DNA of 64,000 nt from Promethearchaeota archaeon (GTDB lineage: Archaea; Asgardarchaeota; Lokiarchaeia; Sigyniarchaeales; SOKP01), in the NCBI GenBank assembly GCA_016839555.1, contig JAEOUA010000007.1:1-64000 (forward strand), read 5' to 3'. A program made the position numbers and the translations under genes. Every line of letters begins with the position of its first letter. Position 1 is the stretch's first letter. The notes beneath the pieces were generated by a model, which ran no database searches, was not told the DNA's origin, and was given only the letters and a program-made list of their open reading frames with translations. This document shows positions 52,329 through 62,892 of this stretch, piece by piece.

Positions 52329-53549
52329 TCAAATTATTTTTAATTTTTTCCATTCTTTTAACTTCTCTTTTGGGTATTTTAGAAGATCACAATAAATTTT
52401 TTCATTATGTTGTCCAAATGTAGGTCCTGGTGCTAATACTTCTCCAGGTGTCTCTGAAAATCGTATTAATCTATTTGGGATTGTTGCTTTTTCAACATTA
52501 TATTCGGAGAAATCAAACTGATCACATAACATCCCCCTTGCTCTTAAATTAGGATGATTATAAACCTCATACATGCTTAACGACTCTCCACATGGAATTC
52601 TCTCTGCTTCAAGAAGTTTAATTGCTTCTTTAGAGGTGTAAGATTTTGTCCATTTTTCAATAATATCATCCAATAAATCTACATAATTAAATCTCTTTAT
52701 AGGGTTAGAAAATCGAGGATCTTTTACTAATTCTGGTTTCTGGAGAATATTCTCACATAATCTTTTAAATTGCCGCTCGGTTAACGTAGTCATCACAATT
52801 AATCCATCTTTAGTATGATATTGATTATAAATTGGTAAAAATTTCACCCCTAAATCTAATTTTTTCGCCATTGGCATAAATTCTCTTGCCTGGGCTCGCA
52901 TATTAATAGCAAACATTATATCATGCATAGAAATGTCTAAAAATTGACCTTTACCAGTTTTTTCTCTATAATAAAGTGCCTGACTAATACCGATTGCTGC
53001 AACGTGACCTGCAGAGTAATCAGCTACAGGTAATTTTGGTGGTCCTTCTTTTAAATCCAACGTATCTAATATCGCTGCTTCTGCTTGAATTATAATATCG
53101 AAAGCGGTTTTCTTTGTATATCTTTCCAACCCCTCATTTCCATATCCAGATATTTTACAATAAATTAATCGAGGATTTAACTCCTTTAAAACATCATATC
53201 CAAGTCCCCATCTTTCCATTGTGCCCTTGACGAAATTCTCTACTATAATATCCGATTTTATTACAAGGTTTTTAAAGATTTCTTGTGCCTGTTGTTCCCG
53301 TAAATTTAAGGATATTGATTTTTTCCCACGGTTTAATATTGAAAATAAGGGAAAGATAGTTTTATCATACATAGAAAAGTAGCGAAAGGCTTCCCCGAAA
53401 GGAGGAGGATTTAGTATAACCACCAAATGCGGTTATATTTCTACCTTTATAACTTCCGCTCCTTGATCTGCGAAGAAAATGCTAGTCCACGGGCCACTAA
53501 TAAACTGACTACAATCTAATAATCTTATATTTTCAAAAATTTTGGGCAT
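52329..53549 (-). CDS. CaiB/BaiF family III CoA-transferase interrupted by a 30-nt in-frame stop-containing insertion
   Basis: ATG 53549 gives MPKIFENIRLLDCSQFISGPWTSIFFADQGAEVIKVE-I*PHLVVILN-PPPFGE, in the same frame as the 53426 ORF (NRGKKS, DIIVENF). Confidence 0.9.
53409..53438 (-). other. Candidate bulge-helix-bulge-like mRNA intron (30 nt)
   Basis: GTAG-AA|A-TATAACCGC-ATTTG-GTGGTTATA-CTAA-AT|C; excision gives KVEPPPFGE. Confidence 0.55.
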
Positions 53550-53717
53550 GATATTATTAAAATTGAATTATTTTACATTTTAATTTTTTTATAAAATTTT
53601 TAATTTTTTATCGCTTTAAAGAGGCTCTAATCTATCAAAAAAAAAGTTAAAATTCTAATTAAATTTTTTACAAATCAATAATTTGAGAAATTACAGAGAT
53701 TATTTAGGTTTTGTTTT

Positions 53718-55199
53718 ATGGAAATTTTGGATTTCATGGCTTATGAATTGATACAAAAGATAAAAAACAAAGAACTTAAAATTGAGAATATAATTCGGCA
53801 AACATTCAAAAGAATTGAAGCGACAGAATCAACCTTACATTCATTTGTTCATTTATCTAAAGATGAAGCATTAGAAAAGGCTAAAAAATTAGATAAAGAC
53901 TTAGCAAAAGGAAAACCTATAGGAAAATTATATGGTCTGCCGATTGCAATAAAAGATTGTATCTGTGTAAAGAATTCACCTACCACATGTTCTTCCAAAA
54001 TTTTAGAGGGATATAGACCTCCCTATAATGCTACGGTCGTAGAAAAATTAGTAAATGAAAATAATGCTATTTGTATTGGGCGTACAAATATGGACGAGTT
54101 TGCGATGGGCACTTCTACAGAGAATAGTTGCTATGGACCAACTTATAATCCTTGGAATGTAGAATATGTTCCAGGGGGTTCTAGTGGAGGTTCTGGAGCT
54201 GCAGTGGCTTCTGGACAAGCAATTTTTGCCTTAGGAAGTGATACTGGAGGGAGCATAAGATGTCCGGCAGCATATTGTGGCGTGGTTGGTTTAAAACCGA
54301 CTTATGGGCGTAATTCTCGATATGGATTAGTTTCTTATGCCAATTCATTAGAGCAAATTGGACCGATTACCCGCTGTGTTAAGGATACAGCTTTACTAAT
54401 GGAAATTATGGCTGGAAATGATCCCTTGGATTCAACTACTGCAGATGTTCCTGTTGATAAATATACTGAACACTTAGATGAACCAATAAAAGGGATGACG
54501 CTGGGTATTCCTAAGGAGTTTTTTGGAGAAGGAATAGAATATGATGTTAAAAAAAAAGTAAACGATGCTATAGAAACTCTAAAAGATTTAAATGTAAAAA
54601 CCATAGAAGTCTCATTACCTCATTTGGAGTATACAATTCCTACCTATTATTTAATAGCAATGAGCGAAGCGAGCTCTAATTTGGAAAGGTTTGACGGATT
54701 GAGATATGGAAAGATGGCTGACGATTTAAGTGGTGATGTCTTTGATGTTTTTAAACGCACTCGAGGAAAAAATTTTGGTACAGAAGTGAAACGAAGAATT
54801 ATTCTCGGAACCTATGCGTTATCAGCAGGATATTATGATATGTTTTACATGAAAGCATTAAAAGTAAGAACTTTAATAAAAAACGACTTTCAAGAAGTGT
54901 TTAAAAAAACTGATGCGATTGTGTGTCCAACAATGCCCACAACAGCATTTAAAATAGGAGAATTGGTAGATGATCCCTTAAAAATGTATATGATGGATAT
55001 TTTGACTTGTCCTGTGAATATAGCAGGTTTACCAGCAATCTCTATTCCATGTGGGTTTGATTCCAACCATCTTCCAATTGGCTTTCAAATTATTGGAAAC
55101 TATTTTGCGGAAAAAAGTATTTTGAATTTAGCATATAAGCTTGAGCAAGAATTAAATCTTTATAGGAAATTACCGAATTTAGAAGAATTGGGGGAGTAA
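53718..55199 (+). CDS. gatA: Asp/Glu-tRNA amidotransferase subunit A
   Basis: TNMDEFAMG, GGSSGGS, SDTGGSIR, EVKRRIILGTYALSAGYYD. Confidence 0.97.
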   Translation: MEILDFMAYELIQKIKNKELKIENIIRQTFKRIEATESTLHSFVHLSKDEALEKAKKLDKDLAKGKPIGKLYGLPIAIKDCICVKNSPTTCSSKILEGYRPPYNATVVEKLVNENNAICIGRTNMDEFAMGTSTENSCYGPTYNPWNVEYVPGGSSGGSGAAVASGQAIFALGSDTGGSIRCPAAYCGVVGLKPTYGRNSRYGLVSYANSLEQIGPITRCVKDTALLMEIMAGNDPLDSTTADVPVDKYTEHLDEPIKGMTLGIPKEFFGEGIEYDVKKKVNDAIETLKDLNVKTIEVSLPHLEYTIPTYYLIAMSEASSNLERFDGLRYGKMADDLSGDVFDVFKRTRGKNFGTEVKRRIILGTYALSAGYYDMFYMKALKVRTLIKNDFQEVFKKTDAIVCPTMPTTAFKIGELVDDPLKMYMMDILTCPVNIAGLPAISIPCGFDSNHLPIGFQIIGNYFAEKSILNLAYKLEQELNLYRKLPNLEELGE

Positions 55200-55200
55200 G

Positions 55201-56652
55201 ATGTCTGATAATGAAGTTATTATTGGATTAGAAGTCCATATCCAATTAACTAATTTGAAAACAAAATTATTTTGTAGTTGTAATAGTGATTATCGTGGAA
55301 AAGAACCAAATACCCTTATATGTCCCATTTGCTTAGGTTTTCCCGGATCTCTTCCCGTTTTAAATAAAAAAGCCGTGGAATTTGCCATTCGGCTCGCATT
55401 AGCCTTAGATTGTGATATTAATAAACAATTCTTTTTCTTTAGAAAAAATTATTTTTATCCAGATTTGCCAAAAAATTTTCAAATAACCCAGTATAACAAA
55501 GCTGGTGGAAAAGCATTGGCGGACGGGGGATCTATAACCATAAAACTTGATAGTAAGCCAAAAACCATTCATTTAAATCGAATTCATTTAGAAGAAGATC
55601 CCGCTCGTTTAGTTCATCAAGGAAGTATTGCGAGTTCTCCTTATGCCTTAGTTGATTATAATAGATCTGGAATAACCCTTATTGAAATTGTTTCCGAACC
55701 AGAATTAAGTTCTCCAGAAGAAGCTAGAGAATATTTAAACCAATTAAAATCAATTATTCAATATACTGGGATTGCTGATTTAGATTTGGAGGGTTCATGT
55801 AGAGTAGATGCTAACATTTCATTAAAAGGACATGCTCGGACAGAAGTTAAAAATATTACGAGTTTTAAAGAAGTGGAAAGAGCATTAAAATGGGAAATTC
55901 AAAGACATAAAAATATGCTAAAACGCGATAAAGAGTTAATTCAAGAAACCAGACACTGGGATGATGTAAGGAGAGTCACAATTTCTCTTAGGACTAAAGA
56001 ATTCGAAAAAGATTATCGCTATTTTCCGGAAGAAGATTTAGTACCGGTTGAATTAGATCAATCTTTTATTGAAAAGGTAAAAGAAAAGCTACCTGAAATG
56101 CCAAATGAGAGAAAAAAACGCTTTCAAGAGCAATATAATTTGCCTGAATTCAATGCGGAAATTTTAGTAATTGATAAAAATATTGCGGATTTTTTTGAGA
56201 AAACAGTTAAAACAAATGAGAAATTTGATTCAGAGGACTTTAACCAGATTTGTAATTGGATAATGGGAGATATTTCTCGATGGTTAAATGAAAATAATAA
56301 AAGTATTAACCAAACGCAATTAACTCCAGAAATATTAAGTGAACTTATTATATTAATTAATGAAGGAAAAATCACGGGGAAAATCGCTAAGACTTTTGTT
56401 GATGATATGATGAAGGGGGAATCTCCTAAAAAGATTATGAAAAAGACTGGGAAAGAAAGAATTTCGGATAAAGAAACTATTAGAAAGATTGTAAGGGAAG
56501 TTATCGAAAAAAACCCTGAAATTGTAAAAGATTATAGAGAAAATCCCAAAGCACTCCAGGCTTTGGTTGGAAAATGCATGGCTAAAACAAAAGGTCAAGC
56601 AGATCCCAAAATCACTCGAGATATTATGCTCAAAGAGTTAGCAGAAAAATAG
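55201..56652 (+). CDS. gatB: Asp/Glu-tRNA amidotransferase subunit B
   Basis: IGLEVHIQL, RKNYFYPDLPK, HLEED, DYRYFPE. Confidence 0.97.
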   Translation: MSDNEVIIGLEVHIQLTNLKTKLFCSCNSDYRGKEPNTLICPICLGFPGSLPVLNKKAVEFAIRLALALDCDINKQFFFFRKNYFYPDLPKNFQITQYNKAGGKALADGGSITIKLDSKPKTIHLNRIHLEEDPARLVHQGSIASSPYALVDYNRSGITLIEIVSEPELSSPEEAREYLNQLKSIIQYTGIADLDLEGSCRVDANISLKGHARTEVKNITSFKEVERALKWEIQRHKNMLKRDKELIQETRHWDDVRRVTISLRTKEFEKDYRYFPEEDLVPVELDQSFIEKVKEKLPEMPNERKKRFQEQYNLPEFNAEILVIDKNIADFFEKTVKTNEKFDSEDFNQICNWIMGDISRWLNENNKSINQTQLTPEILSELIILINEGKITGKIAKTFVDDMMKGESPKKIMKKTGKERISDKETIRKIVREVIEKNPEIVKDYRENPKALQALVGKCMAKTKGQADPKITRDIMLKELAEK

Positions 56653-56890
56653 CTCTAACAAATTTTTTTTCGAAATTATAATATAGAGCTTTAGTTTCCC
56701 CCTTATGAAAGAATTTTACCTTATAAATACAGATACAAAAAAAATAATGTGCTGTGCATTAATATCATTTAATTTAATGATCATACTTGAGTAAAATTTA
56801 ATAGATTTGAAATCGAAAATATGCATTAAGTAATAAAAATAAAATGAAAAAATCAAACGCTTACGAAATAAAAAATAAAGGTAAAAATTT

Positions 56891-58879
56891 ATGAGTGAAG
56901 AACGCAAAAAATTATGGGAACCCTCCAGAGAATGGATACAAAATGCGCAAGCAACTAAATTCATTGAATTCGTAAAAAAAAATTATGATACGAATATAAA
57001 AGATGGTAAAGAGCTTTACAAATGGTCCGTTGAAGATATATCGGAATTTTGGGCTGCCCTTTGGGATTTTACTGATATAAAAGCCTCAAAGAGTTATGAT
57101 AAAGTAGTTGAAAATCTTAGTGTATTTCCGGGGACAAAATGGTTTCCTGGAGCTAAGCTAAATTTCGCTGAAAACTTATTAAGATATAAGGACGAACAGT
57201 TAGCTTTTATCTTCCAAGGAGAAATGAGAGTTACTCAAAAAATGACTTACAAAGAGCTAAATAAGAAAGTAGCACAATTGGCAAAATCACTTCGAGATAT
57301 GGGTGTTAAGAAGGGGGATCGAGTGGTCTCCTATATTCCAAATCTGATTGAAACTCCAATGGCAATGTTGGCAGTTGCAAGTATAGGAGCGATTTGGGCA
57401 TCATGTGGAGCTGAACTACAAGCAAGAGCCGTTATAGATAGATTTGGTCAAATAGAACCAAAAGTCCTTTTCGCAGTTGATGGTTATTTTTATAAAGATA
57501 AGGCTTTCGATACGATTTCTAACGCAAAAGAAGTAGTTGAGGCCATACCATCTATTGAAAAAGTAATAGTAGTTTCATATGTTTCTGAAAATAAACCTGA
57601 TATCAGCAGTATTCCAAATGCTGTCCATTGGGATGATTTTATTTCAAAAGAAGATCTCAAAGAACCCGAATTTGAACAATTGCCCTTCGAACATCCCATT
57701 TATGTAATGTTTTCAAGTGGAACCACCGGAAAACCTAAAAGTATGGTACAAAGTGCAGGAGGAGTTCTTATTAATCATCTTAAAGAATTGATCCTTTCCA
57801 CTGATTTAAAACGAAGCGATGTAATAAATTATATAACTGCCCCCTCTTGGATGATGTGGAATTGGCTTATAAGTTCTTTAGCTGTGGGAGCAACTATTTT
57901 TCTCTATGATGGAAATCCCTTATATCCGGATCCTTTAAGAATGTTTGAATTGATACAAAAATACGGGATCACAATTTTTGGAGTATCAGCTACCTATCTT
58001 CATACTTTAATGGGTCAAGGATTAAAGCCTAAAGAGCAATATGATCTATCCAGCTTAAGGGAAATTTCGCAAACTGCAAGCACTTTAAGTCCAGAAGGAT
58101 TTGAATGGTGCTATAATCAAATTAAAGAGGATTTATACTTCAATTCAATTTCAGGGGGTACTGATATTAATGGCTGTTTTGCCGGAGCATTACCAATTCT
58201 TCCCGTATATTCAGGAGAATTACAGGGAAAAGCATTAGGGATGAAGGTTCAAGCATACGATACCGAAGGAAAACCTGTAAAAGATCAACAAGCTGAGTTG
58301 GTTTGCGAGGCACCAGCTCCCTCCATGCCAATATACTTTTGGGGAGACGATGATAATATGAGCAAATACAAATCTGCTTATTTTGAATTTTATGATGCCT
58401 TGGGGATAAATGTATGGCGACACGGTGACTGGATTGTAGAACATAGCGATACTGATGGAATCACTTTCTGGGGACGCTCTGATGCTACTTTAAAACCTTC
58501 TGGAGTGCGAATTGGTACTTCAGAAATATATAATGTGGTAGAGCAACTTCCGGAGGTTGTTGATTCATTAGCGATTGGACTGCCTGATGAAAAGGGAAAT
58601 GTAGCGGTAATATTGTTCACACAATTATGTGAAGGAATACAAATGACAGATGAAATTAAGGAAAAAATTAAAACGACGCTACGACAAAAAGCATCACCAA
58701 GACATGTTCCAGCTCAGATTATTGAAGTCCCTGAAGAAACTATTCCCTATACTTTCTCTGGCAAGAAGGTTGAAATCGCAGTCACGAAAATTCTCCGTGG
58801 TATGCAGGTAGCAAATAGAGGAGCATTGCGAAATCCCGACTCTCTTGACTTTTTTGAAGATTTACGAGGAAAAATATAA
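56891..58879 (+). CDS. Acetoacetate-CoA ligase
   Basis: WFPGAKLNFAENLL, FSSGTTGKPK, SISGGTD, GRSDATL. Confidence 0.92.
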   Translation: MSEERKKLWEPSREWIQNAQATKFIEFVKKNYDTNIKDGKELYKWSVEDISEFWAALWDFTDIKASKSYDKVVENLSVFPGTKWFPGAKLNFAENLLRYKDEQLAFIFQGEMRVTQKMTYKELNKKVAQLAKSLRDMGVKKGDRVVSYIPNLIETPMAMLAVASIGAIWASCGAELQARAVIDRFGQIEPKVLFAVDGYFYKDKAFDTISNAKEVVEAIPSIEKVIVVSYVSENKPDISSIPNAVHWDDFISKEDLKEPEFEQLPFEHPIYVMFSSGTTGKPKSMVQSAGGVLINHLKELILSTDLKRSDVINYITAPSWMMWNWLISSLAVGATIFLYDGNPLYPDPLRMFELIQKYGITIFGVSATYLHTLMGQGLKPKEQYDLSSLREISQTASTLSPEGFEWCYNQIKEDLYFNSISGGTDINGCFAGALPILPVYSGELQGKALGMKVQAYDTEGKPVKDQQAELVCEAPAPSMPIYFWGDDDNMSKYKSAYFEFYDALGINVWRHGDWIVEHSDTDGITFWGRSDATLKPSGVRIGTSEIYNVVEQLPEVVDSLAIGLPDEKGNVAVILFTQLCEGIQMTDEIKEKIKTTLRQKASPRHVPAQIIEVPEETIPYTFSGKKVEIAVTKILRGMQVANRGALRNPDSLDFFEDLRGKI

Positions 58880-59040
58880 TTTTACTTCAATATTTTTTTT
58901 AGAAAAATCCTAAAAAAATTGACTTATATTAAAAATATATTTCATAATTTCCTTTTTTTTAAATCTAAAAATTTATAAATATCAAATCGAAGAATTTAGT
59001 AGGGTTAGTTTTGATATTTGAGATTTAAATTAAGAATAAT

Positions 59041-59307
59041 ATGTTTTCAATTCATTTCATGAGAACGCATAAATTAAACAGATGGAACTATAGTGAAACA
59101 GCTAAAAAATGGGTTTATGTTAATCTTAAAAATGGCAAAAGATATTACAAGTATCAGAACACCAATCCTACAAAATTTCATGAGCTAATAGTAAAATTAG
59201 AACATCTAAATCAACAATTACAGACTGAAACAGATCACGAAAAAAAGAAAGAAATTTTTAAAAAAATGCAAAAGATTAGCCATCAAATGCAAAATATGAA
59301 AAAATAA
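59041..59307 (+). CDS. Hypothetical protein, paralog of 61613-61870
   Basis: Shared KLNxWxxSE..KWVY..LKxGK...P.KFxEL pattern. Confidence 0.75.
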   Translation: MFSIHFMRTHKLNRWNYSETAKKWVYVNLKNGKRYYKYQNTNPTKFHELIVKLEHLNQQLQTETDHEKKKEIFKKMQKISHQMQNMKK

Positions 59308-59342
59308 ATGTAAATTAGTTATTTTTAATCCTACATCCAAAA

Positions 59343-61346
59343 TTATGAAGTTTTAGGAAGTGAGATATAAAAAGTGGATCCTCTACTTTTCCCTTCAGAT
59401 TTTGCCCAAATCTTCCCATCATGTAATTCAATGATCTTTTTTGAAATATAAAGACCTAAACCTGTTCCTTCATTATTTAAATGGGAATTTCCTTCTTTTC
59501 GTATAATTTTACCGAATTGTGTAAATAATATCTTTTTTTCTCTCTCTGTAAACCCAATCCCATCATCTTGGATAGCTATAAGATACTCCTTAGGGGAATC
59601 AATTGAAGTAAGTTTTATAGACCCCCCCTCTGGAGTATTTTTTATGGCGTTTAATATTATATTATCTAAGACTTGTAGAATTTTTTCTTTTTCAATTTCG
59701 AGGGTCATATTCTCATGAATATCTAAGTTAATTGTCTGATTTTTTAAGTCTGCCGCAGATTTTAGAGATTTAACAGAAATTTCAATTAATTCACTTAAAT
59801 TTTCTTTTGATTTTAAGAATTCTATTTTTCCAGATTCTAATTTTGCCGCGTCTAAAATATCTTTAATAAGTTGTTCCAGTCGTTCACACCCATATTCTAT
59901 TTCATTTACAAATTTAATGGCGTCTTCACTTAACTCATTAATGTGGAATTGCATTAATAAATGTAAAAATCCTTTAATCGAAACAAGAGGAGTTTTTAAC
60001 TCATGAGAAGTTCTTCTTAATAATTCTGATTTTAATTTATTTAATTGTTGTAATTCTCTCTGAGATTCTTTTATTTTTTTTTTGGCCATTACTCGCTTAT
60101 GAATATTACTTATTGTGCCAACAAAACCTATAATTTTCCCTTCTCTATAAAGAGGTCTTGAATGTATGCGGGCGAAAAAAGTAGTTCCATTTTTTCTAAC
60201 TAATAGATATTCCGATGCTTCTGTTTCTTCTCCTTTTAAAAGTCTCTTTATATTTGCTTTTGCTTTACTTTTATGTTCATCTGCAATTATATCCATCACG
60301 TTTATTCCTTTTTGCAAATCCTCTTTTGTATAGCCAAATTCTTTAAATCCTTTTGTATTTGTAAAGGTAACATTACATTTTTTGTCAGCTTCATAAATTA
60401 TATCAGGAAGCAAATCCGTTAATTCCCTATATTTTTTTTCTGATGCTATTAATTTTTCTTTTGCTTCATTTTTTTTGCTGATATCCCGAGCTATTCCCCA
60501 TAAATATATAGGATTTTTATTATCATTAAAAACAGCATATGATTGTAACTCTACTGGAAAGATAGATCCATCTTTTCTAATATATTCCTTTTCATAAACT
60601 CCGGAGTATCCTTTCTTTAATAATCGATTATTCCATATTTCTTTTTCTTCCCAATCCCAATACTTTCTTGGTGTGATTTCATAAAAATTTTTAAATTCTT
60701 TAAGTTCCTTAAGAGTATATCCCAGCATCTTACAGTATGCCTTGTTCGCATCAATTATTTTACCATCAATATCAACCATCACAAATCCATCCCGGCTCCC
60801 CTCAAAAATTTCTCGATATTTTTCTTCAGATTCCTTTATTTTTTTTTGTGCTATTTTTCTTTCAGTGATATCTTGGAGAATAAATTGAATAAATTTTTTC
60901 CCATTCAGCTTTAATATAGAAGTGTATATACGAACCCATGCCAGATCGCCTTTTATTTTATAGATTGGAAACTCTAACTCCAAAGGCTTTTCATATTGTT
61001 TGATGTGTTCAATTATATCTTCATATTTAGGTATGAATTGCTGATTTTGTTTATTAAGGCTACAAATATCCTTATAAGATCTTCCAAGAATATCTTGAAT
61101 TGAATGGATTGATATAAAGCAATTCCCGGATTCATTAAAATATAATAATTTCCCATCTAAATCACAAAGTCCAATGTTATAAGGTGATTTTTGAAAGATA
61201 TCCTTCATTGTAGATTTTATCTTAAACCTTATTTTGTTTTCTAATGTTTGAATAATCTCCTCGAAGTCTTCATAAGGTTCTTTCAAATAATCTATTATCT
61301 TCTTTTTTTCAGCTTTTGAAAAGATTCTGATTCCAGTATTACCCAC
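59343..61346 (-). CDS. PAS x3 sensor histidine kinase
   Basis: SHELKTPL, NAIK, DDGIG, GTGLGL. Confidence 0.93.
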   Translation of the reverse strand: MGNTGIRIFSKAEKKKIIDYLKEPYEDFEEIIQTLENKIRFKIKSTMKDIFQKSPYNIGLCDLDGKLLYFNESGNCFISIHSIQDILGRSYKDICSLNKQNQQFIPKYEDIIEHIKQYEKPLELEFPIYKIKGDLAWVRIYTSILKLNGKKFIQFILQDITERKIAQKKIKESEEKYREIFEGSRDGFVMVDIDGKIIDANKAYCKMLGYTLKELKEFKNFYEITPRKYWDWEEKEIWNNRLLKKGYSGVYEKEYIRKDGSIFPVELQSYAVFNDNKNPIYLWGIARDISKKNEAKEKLIASEKKYRELTDLLPDIIYEADKKCNVTFTNTKGFKEFGYTKEDLQKGINVMDIIADEHKSKAKANIKRLLKGEETEASEYLLVRKNGTTFFARIHSRPLYREGKIIGFVGTISNIHKRVMAKKKIKESQRELQQLNKLKSELLRRTSHELKTPLVSIKGFLHLLMQFHINELSEDAIKFVNEIEYGCERLEQLIKDILDAAKLESGKIEFLKSKENLSELIEISVKSLKSAADLKNQTINLDIHENMTLEIEKEKILQVLDNIILNAIKNTPEGGSIKLTSIDSPKEYLIAIQDDGIGFTEREKKILFTQFGKIIRKEGNSHLNNEGTGLGLYISKKIIELHDGKIWAKSEGKSRGSTFYISLPKTS

Positions 61347-61612
61347 AATTAATACCTCTCTTTTTTAGCAAATCATAAATTCTTCTCTAAATAGTAAGAA
61401 AAAAAAATAAACAATTAAATCCATGATATAATTTGATATTTTTAAATTTTTATTTTTAGAAAGGGGAAAATTTTAAAAAGAATAATAAGAAATTAAAAAT
61501 ATATATTAATAGAAAATTTTATTAATAATTTTATTTTAAACTTAAATTAAATTCAATTTAATATTATATTTAAAAAAAGATAAAATTAGATATTTCCTTA
61601 TATACGCTAACT

Positions 61613-61870
61613 ATGAATAAACCAAAGCTTAACGAATGGATCTGGAGCGAAAAAGATGGCAAGTGGGTGTATATTGAATTAAAAGATGGGAAGGAAGTAT
61701 ATACATATTCTGAAAAGCCTCCGAAGAAATTTATGGAATTAAGCAATGAAATTATCAAATTAAATAAAAAATTATTGGAAGAAAAAGAATACGAAAAAAA
61801 TATTAAACTCTACAAGAAGATGATGGCTCTTTCTAAGAAAATGCAAGAAATGCGTATTGATCCTGAATGA
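61613..61870 (+). CDS. Hypothetical protein, paralog of 59041-59307
   Basis: Same motif pattern as 59041-59307. Confidence 0.75.
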   Translation: MNKPKLNEWIWSEKDGKWVYIELKDGKEVYTYSEKPPKKFMELSNEIIKLNKKLLEEKEYEKNIKLYKKMMALSKKMQEMRIDPE

Positions 61871-61989
61871 GCCCCATAATATTTAATTTATATTAAATAT
61901 AGTAATTAGCATCTTTCTTTAAATAAAAAATGAAATTTTAATATTAATCACTCCTTATAGAAAGCGTATTTAATCTAAATTGTCGCTCC

Positions 61990-62106
61990 TTACTTCATTA
62001 CATTATTTCTATGACATTGACAACAGTATCCTTCTTTGCCTCGAGCTTGTTCTGCTCTACAACGATCACATTCTTGATGACCACAATAACTACATTTTCG
62101 AGCCAT
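61990..62106 (-). CDS. 38-aa Zn-finger microprotein (not in ORF track)
   Basis: MARKCSYCGHQECDRCRAEQARGKEGYCCQCHRNNVMK with a GGAGGT SD upstream. Confidence 0.75.
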   Translation of the reverse strand: MARKCSYCGHQECDRCRAEQARGKEGYCCQCHRNNVMK

Positions 62107-62295
62107 AATATTTTTTTTACCTCCATTATTATTTTTTAGTATATAATTTTCTAATACCTTTTTATTATATTTTAATTCAAAATAGTTTTCAAAATCAGAA
62201 TAAAATATTAAAGTAGAATATTTATAAAATTTATCTAATAAAAATTTTAAGATCTTATTTGGCTAAAATAAACTTATAATGTTTTAATATTTTTT

Positions 62296-62859
62296 TTATA
62301 ACTCTACTTTATTAAGATATTTTGAGGGAATAATATCAGCTAAATACATATCCCCTGATTTATAAAATTTCACTCCGTCTTTTAATGCCCTATTAACATT
62401 TATTTCCAAAATTATTGGATTATTAGTGCGTCTTTGTGCTACACTCCTCGCGGTTTTGAGATCTTGACTTAAATGTACATATTGTCTCCCTTTACTCTTA
62501 AGCCCTTCATTTTTAATCTTTTTATAACTCCATGTGGTAGTCCCATGATATAATTTCTCCGGAGGATTTTTAATTTCAGCCATATTAATTTTTATATTGA
62601 TACTATGGCCATAGAATGCTCTTATGGAATTTTTATTTATTTCAAATCTCTTTTTATCAGATTTTTTGATTAAATCTTGAACTAATTCTTTATTAATTTC
62701 TATATTAGTAAATTTTTCATTAAGAATTTTTAAAACAGATTCTAATTTTGCATAACCCTTTGAATCGAGTTGAAAATCAAATTTTTCGGGATGATGACGT
62801 AAAATATAGGATAGGAATTTTGAGATCTTTATATATAATTCATTCAAAAAAAATATCAC
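62296..62859 (-). CDS. kptA: RNA 2'-phosphotransferase
   Basis: LSYILRH, KKRF, YGHS, LYHGT, RQYVHLS. Confidence 0.93.
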   Translation of the reverse strand: MIFFLNELYIKISKFLSYILRHHPEKFDFQLDSKGYAKLESVLKILNEKFTNIEINKELVQDLIKKSDKKRFEINKNSIRAFYGHSINIKINMAEIKNPPEKLYHGTTTWSYKKIKNEGLKSKGRQYVHLSQDLKTARSVAQRRTNNPIILEINVNRALKDGVKFYKSGDMYLADIIPSKYLNKVEL

Positions 62860-62892
62860 GTCATAAAATGTACGTAAGATTTTAATTATATC

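Noticed and set aside
19646-52376. Both direct-repeat pairs have nearly the same spacing (1937 and 1940 bp)
   Set aside because: Different repeat lengths and sequences and only two cases; treated as coincidence.
62296-62859. kptA as support for the intron hypothesis
   Set aside because: It is 9 kb away, widespread in archaea, and archaeal exon ligation normally uses RtcB.
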